A stretch of 64,000 bases of DNA, taken from assembly GCA_963827655.1 (NCBI GenBank), contig CAWHCF010000049.1, forward strand, positions 192,001-256,000, in the 5' to 3' direction. Both the position numbers and the translations under genes were made by a program. The notes beneath the pieces are model-generated. The model was not told the DNA's origin and did not search any database. It worked only from the letters and a program-made list of their open reading frames with translations. Positions 60,890 to 64,000 of the stretch are shown in pieces (positions within the stretch are counted from its first letter, which is position 1; every line of letters begins with the position of its first letter). This stretch comes from an uncultured Acidobacteriota bacterium. Its GTDB lineage: Bacteria > Acidobacteriota > UBA6911.

Positions 60890-63169
60890 ATGCATAACCA
60901 AGTCTCCCATGCGCCCGCCCGGTCGCTTGAAAAGCTCGCCTTGCTGAATGAGATCGGGCGTCTTGTGATCTCATCCACGAACCTGGACCAAATGTTCGAG
61001 GACGCCGCGCGGCTCCTGCGAAAAAATCTAGGTGTGCAATACGTAATGATTGGGACCGTAGAGTATGAGAAGGGGCGAATCCTCACACGCGGCACGGATG
61101 GTATATCGCCCGATCTCGTGACGCGCTATCAGTCTCAGGGAATCGAGCAGGGTGTCATCGGCCAGGTAGCCGAGAGCGGGAAGACGGTTGTCATTGACGA
61201 CGTCTCAAAGTCCTCCCGCTATTTGGATGCAATTCCCGGCACGCGTTCTGAGATTTGTGTCCCCTTGAAAATATTTGGAAAAGTGGCGGGCTTCCTCAAT
61301 ATCGAGAATGACCGCCTGGGAGCCTTTGAGCCCGCCGATGTCGAAATCTTCGAAGCCGTGGCAAACTTTTTGGGCCAGGCTATGAAGAGAATTCAGGCCG
61401 AAGACGCGCTTCAGAACAGCCTGCAGGCTATGCAGTTGCTCAACGAGGTGAGCGTCGAGCTGGTTTCGATTCTCGACCTGGACAGGCTGCTGGACAAAAT
61501 AGCCCAGATAACGCGCCGGTTCATTGATTACGAGCTGTTCGCGATTCTCCTGGTGGATGAGGACGCGCAGGAATTGGTCTGGAAGACATCGGTCGGATAT
61601 AGCGAGGAATCTCGTCGCGAACTCGGGCGGCTCAGCCTTCATGAAGGGGTAATCGGACGAGTGATACGTACCCGCGCCCCAATCCTGGTCCCCGACGTGA
61701 CAGCGGATTCGGACTACAAGCCGGCCCGCACCCTCAGCGGGGTTGAACCTCAGTCGGAGCTGGCGATCCCCCTGATGGCCAAGAATCGGATCGTGGGGGT
61801 GCTGGTGCTGGAGAGCACGCGCAAGGGCTATTTCGGTCCGCAACACCTGCGGCTTATGACGCCGCTTGCCGCACAGATCGCTGTGGCAATTGAGAATGCC
61901 AGCCTTTACGAGGGGAAGACCCGGGATGCGCTCACTGCCCAGGTGATGAATGAGATCGGCAAGGAGATGACGGCCATTCCGGAACTGGATGAGCTTCTGA
62001 ACAGGATTGCCGCGTTGATTCGTCGCATCATCAATTACGAGGTTCTCGGGATCTTTGTCTACCGGCCTGAAACTGAGATCATGGAACTGAAGGTTGCGAT
62101 CGGCTATGCCGAGGAAACACTTCAGCAGTGCCGCGCCTTGCCGATGGATAAGGGGCTTCTGGGGCACGCGGGCCGGGAACGAAGGACCATCCTGTCTACC
62201 GATTTGGCCAACGACGGGAGGGTAATTCGAGCCAAAACCCTGGATGGACAATGGACGCAATCAGAAGTTGCGGTGCCGATTATTTCCCGGGACCGCCTGC
62301 TGGGCGGAATTGTAGTGGAAAGCTCCAATCCGCGGTTTTTCAAAACCGAGCAGGTGCAGATGCTGGAAACGCTGGCGAGCCAAATGGCGGTCACGATCGA
62401 CAATGCGCAGCTCTTCCAGCAATTGCTGGCGAAGGAGCAGAAGCTGGAAGCTGACTTTGGCCTGGCGCGCGACCTGCAGTCCAGCATGCTCCCGCTCTCG
62501 ATGCCGGAGATGGGGGGTTTTGATTTCGCCGCCATTTACAAGCCCGCGGAAAGTCTGGGTGGCGATTACTATGATTTTCTCTGGCTGGACAGCGAACATC
62601 TTGGACTGGCAATCGGCGACGTTTCCGGAAAGGGCGTCGCCGCCGCCATGACGATGGCGGCGACTCGCAGCGCGCTGCGTTTCGCCGCCCGGGTAAATTC
62701 CTCTCCCTCGCAAGTCCTGTATCACGTGAACCGGCGCCTGTACCGGGACGTCAAGAATCGGACCTACGTCAGTCTTTTTTACGGGATTCTGGACATCAAG
62801 ACGCGCTGGTTCCGGTGGTCCAACGGCGGACATTTTCCGCCGGTCTTGATTCACGCGGACGGCCGCAGAGAGGATCTGTCAAGAGGAGGCACAGTTCTTG
62901 CACTCTTCGACAAGTCGCGCTATGCAGCGGCACAGACGCTGCTTCGCTCGGGTGACGTTCTCTGTTTTTATACCGACGGAGTCATTGAGACATGGAACCA
63001 ATCCGAGGAGGAATTCGGCCGGCAACGTTTGGAGGAAGTGCTCTCATCGAAGGCGAACCAGCCGGCCAAAGAGATACTGAAAGCGCTGACCAGCGAAATG
63101 AAGAGGTTCGCGCGCGACGCCGCGCAACACGACGACATCACCGCATTTATTCTGAAAGTGCCCAGGTAG
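60890..63169 (+). CDS. Three GAF domains + SpoIIE/PP2C (RsbU-like) phosphatase
   Basis: Three GAF repeats (SEICVP, SELAIP, SEVAVP), then LGGDYYD, GDVSGKG, YTDGV and DDIT. Confidence 0.93.
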   Translation: MHNQVSHAPARSLEKLALLNEIGRLVISSTNLDQMFEDAARLLRKNLGVQYVMIGTVEYEKGRILTRGTDGISPDLVTRYQSQGIEQGVIGQVAESGKTVVIDDVSKSSRYLDAIPGTRSEICVPLKIFGKVAGFLNIENDRLGAFEPADVEIFEAVANFLGQAMKRIQAEDALQNSLQAMQLLNEVSVELVSILDLDRLLDKIAQITRRFIDYELFAILLVDEDAQELVWKTSVGYSEESRRELGRLSLHEGVIGRVIRTRAPILVPDVTADSDYKPARTLSGVEPQSELAIPLMAKNRIVGVLVLESTRKGYFGPQHLRLMTPLAAQIAVAIENASLYEGKTRDALTAQVMNEIGKEMTAIPELDELLNRIAALIRRIINYEVLGIFVYRPETEIMELKVAIGYAEETLQQCRALPMDKGLLGHAGRERRTILSTDLANDGRVIRAKTLDGQWTQSEVAVPIISRDRLLGGIVVESSNPRFFKTEQVQMLETLASQMAVTIDNAQLFQQLLAKEQKLEADFGLARDLQSSMLPLSMPEMGGFDFAAIYKPAESLGGDYYDFLWLDSEHLGLAIGDVSGKGVAAAMTMAATRSALRFAARVNSSPSQVLYHVNRRLYRDVKNRTYVSLFYGILDIKTRWFRWSNGGHFPPVLIHADGRREDLSRGGTVLALFDKSRYAAAQTLLRSGDVLCFYTDGVIETWNQSEEEFGRQRLEEVLSSKANQPAKEILKALTSEMKRFARDAAQHDDITAFILKVPR

Positions 63170-63170
63170 C

Positions 63171-63735
63171 GTGATGCATCGGAGCATCGTGCTCGGATTG
63201 GCGTTTTTGCTGATGGCGGCGGCGTTAGTCGGCTGGATTCACTATCGCAGCGCGGCTTACGATCACTGGATCGCCCAATCCGCTGCCGAGAACGGAATCG
63301 ATTTTTATCTGGTTAAGGCGCTTATTTACGAGGAGAGCTGGTTTCGGCCGGGCATTCGAGGGGCCGCCGGCGAGCTCGGGCTGATGCAGGTCTCCATGGG
63401 GGCGGCTCGCGATTTCAGCGAAAAGAAGAAATTGCCGCCCTTTCAGGAAGCCCAGGTCCTGGAGCCCAGGCAGAACATTGTGATCGGGTCCTGGTATTTG
63501 GGACGCTCTCTGGAGCGCTACAAGGATTCCCCGGCGCCCGCCGTCTTTGCGCTGCTCCGCTACAATGCGGGAGAAACGCGGGCAAACGGCTGGTTGCAGG
63601 CCGCGGGGCAGAAACCGGTACCCACCTGGCATCCAGGCGGAGGAGTTTTACCTCTCGTTTGTGGACCTGCCCAGAACGCGCAACTACGTCCGCCGAATTC
63701 TGCACCGCGCGAGAAGCCGCAATTTTTGGTTTTGA
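63171..63735 (+). CDS. Lytic transglycosylase, SLT domain (frameshift near 63625)
   Basis: ALIYEES, GLMQ, GSWYL and YNAG; C-terminal TRNYVRRI lies in another frame. Confidence 0.85.
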
Positions 63736-63755
63736 CGACCGGGATACCAGCAGTT

Positions 63756-64000
63756 TCAGGGTTTGTCGGCGGGCCGGCGGTCGCTGCTCTCTATTTCTCC
63801 GGTGATCTGGTCTGCAGCCCGCTGTGGGTCCGGGGCATGCAGTATTGGGCGTCCGACCACGAGAAAGTCCGCGCCCGCGCGAATGGCATCGGCCGGGCCG
63901 GCGATGCGTCGTTGATCGTCTGAACTTGCGCCTGAAGGACGGATTCCGGGAACGACCAGTTTCATTTGTCCTCGGAATTTTTGACGGAGATGCGTCAATT
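63756..64000 (-). CDS. pyrF: Orotidine-5'-phosphate decarboxylase, C-terminal part (5' partial)
   Basis: VVPGIRP, DDQRR and [11 protein letters not shown]. Confidence 0.92.
   Translation of the reverse strand, partial: LTHLRQKFRGQMKLVVPGIRPSGASSDDQRRIAGPADAIRAGADFLVVGRPILHAPDPQRAADQITGEIESSDRRPADKP

Noticed and set aside
36138-63735. Programmed frameshifting or true pseudogenes in the yhfW-like, udg, oxidoreductase and slt genes
   Set aside because: The breaks are scattered across unrelated genes with no slippery-site pattern, so sequencing error is more parsimonious.

Overview
A 64-kb bacterial chromosomal window at roughly 55-60% GC (estimated by eye). The gene content (Tat-exported Gfo/Idh/MocA and sugar isomerase proteins, ECF sigma factors, a TPR-CHAT protein, an M16 peptidase pair) suggests Acidobacteriota; this is an inference. 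Most genes are housekeeping or metabolic: aguA/aguB, dsbD, metH, pdxB, nadE, pncB, pcm, rocF, pckA and partial pyrF. Two regions stand out. (1) At 10.9-16.3 kb, an ECF-like sigma factor is translationally coupled to a zinc-finger anti-sigma / TM / TPR / CHAT (caspase-like) fusion with an intact His-Cys dyad. It is followed by a cryptic secreted protein, an orphan structured element and a stand-alone HxxxCxxC mini-protein. (2) At 30.2-38.4 kb, a general-stress island of about 14 genes has all four of its main transcription units preceded by sigma54 -24/-12 motifs, three of them with an upstream GGGAAA-W-TTTCCC palindrome (two exact, one variant). Intergenic DNA carries a three-copy MITE family, REP-like hairpins and short-period repeats. 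About 14 single-base frameshifts in otherwise intact genes suggest uncorrected long-read consensus errors, so pseudogene calls are unreliable. No rRNA, tRNA, CRISPR array or transposase was recognised. All family assignments come from motif recognition by eye, not database searches.
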